Source of the DNA: Octopus sinensis
Taxonomy: Eukaryota
Length of the DNA: 64,000 nucleotides
Direction of reading: 5' to 3'
Assembly: GCF_006345805.1 (NCBI RefSeq)
Contig: NC_043019.1
Location: 2,542,001 to 2,606,000, forward strand
The translations under genes and the position numbers were made by a program. A model generated the notes under the pieces. It saw only the letters and a program-made list of their open reading frames with translations. It did not search any database and had not been told where the DNA came from. Below, in pieces: positions 62,937 to 64,000 of the stretch; position 1 is the first letter of the stretch; the number at the start of each line of letters is the position of its first letter.

Positions 62937-63470
62937 GGATCCAGAGAAGATTCACAAAGATCTTCTCTTTGCAACAGCTCAGCTACTGGGAAAGGCTGAA
63001 ATAGCTAAGACTCTACTCCCTGGAGAGAAGACGGAAGAGGTATGCAGTAATATATAGCTGGAAAATCCTGGAAGGAATTGTGCCAAATTTTGGCATTGAA
63101 AGCTACACTAATGCCAGAGCGGGACGACACTGCATAGTGCCAAAGATCCCAGCAATGCCATCACGCTTCAGGACCAGTTACTGCAACAGCCTGGTTTTCA
63201 ATGGCCCACAACTTTTTAATATTCTCCCAAAGAGTCTGAGGAACTTGCACAAAGTAGATGTATGGGTTTTTAAATCAAAGCTAGACCTCTTCCTGTCGAG
63301 AGTCCCAGATGAGCCTACCTCACGGCAAGAGGTGCAAATGAGGGTAGCTATATCAAACTCCATTCTTCATCAAGTGCCACATATTAGAGGAGGCTTCTAG
63401 TAATAACAGTGTAGCACAAACTGGCGGTGCATCAGCATGGCCACAGCTCTGAGCTGAAACTTAAAAAAAA
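62937..63470 (+). mobile_element. CR1/L2-group LINE 3' end
   Basis: IQRRFTK..SYWERLK*LRLYSLERRRKRY..WKILEGIVPNFG..FKSKLDLFLSRVPDEP..SNSILHQ*, then a short 3' UTR and an A run. Confidence 0.85.
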
Positions 63471-63711
63471 AATTGCGTTTATTAATGGGTATATATACAA
63501 AAGTATATATGCATATATATATATCTATATATATATATATATATGCATATATATATGTATATCTATATATATATGCATATATATATATGTATATCTATAT
63601 ATATATGCATATATATAATATCCATATATATATGCATATATATATATAATATCCATATATATATATAAACATACATGCATATATATATATATGCATATAT
63701 CTGTATATATA

Positions 63712-64000
63712 AAACTGAGAATAGGTGTGAAATAGAAACTAATACTATGGAGAGCATTCAGCAAATAGCTAACTCTATCTACCAGAGTATTAAGGTCACA
63801 ATAGACTACCCTACTAAACACCCTAACCATAGACTACCAGTACTAGACACAGAACTCTGGCTAGAAACTGAGAATAATAAAACCTGAATCCTTCATTTGT
63901 ACTATGCCAAACCTATGGCTTCCAAATACTTGATCCACCGGAATTCAGCTATTGCGAACACTGCCAAATTCAATATTTTGATGGCAGACCTTGTTAGAAT
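63712..64000 (+). mobile_element. Penelope-like RT fragment running off the window
   Basis: [48 protein letters not shown]. Confidence 0.8.

Noticed and set aside
60053-63004. Long ORFs (up to 468 aa) of Y/I/M/C/V/H/T residues
   Set aside because: Translations of stop-free (TA)/(TG) microsatellite; not genes.

Overview
This is AT-rich, microsatellite-rich animal DNA that is mostly repeats. The mix of tRNA-derived SINEs, Penelope, Tx1/L1, Hero, CR1-like, mariner and Helitron elements and MITEs looks like an octopod cephalopod genome; that is an inference from the repeat repertoire, not a database result. I found no rRNA, true tRNA gene or CRISPR array, and the long ORFs at 34.4-35.1 kb and 60.6-63.0 kb are microsatellite artefacts. 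The best-supported host gene is on the + strand at about 56.2-59.7 kb: a signal-peptide exon followed by frame-preserving 18-nt and 21-nt microexons, in CpG-depleted DNA. A second CpG-depleted block (about 17.3-28 kb) holds splice-flanked candidate exons that I could not assemble into a gene. The other main leads are: an inverted pair of type-I hammerhead ribozyme motifs with an 89-nt insert in stem II (21.9-22.4 kb); Helitrons whose terminal palindrome loop is inverted between copies; a MITE family with 8-bp TSDs, one 33-bp duplication and two foldback derivatives; and a SINE tail that shares a covarying stem-loop with a CR1-like LINE 3' end. All coordinates were counted by hand and may be off by a few bases.
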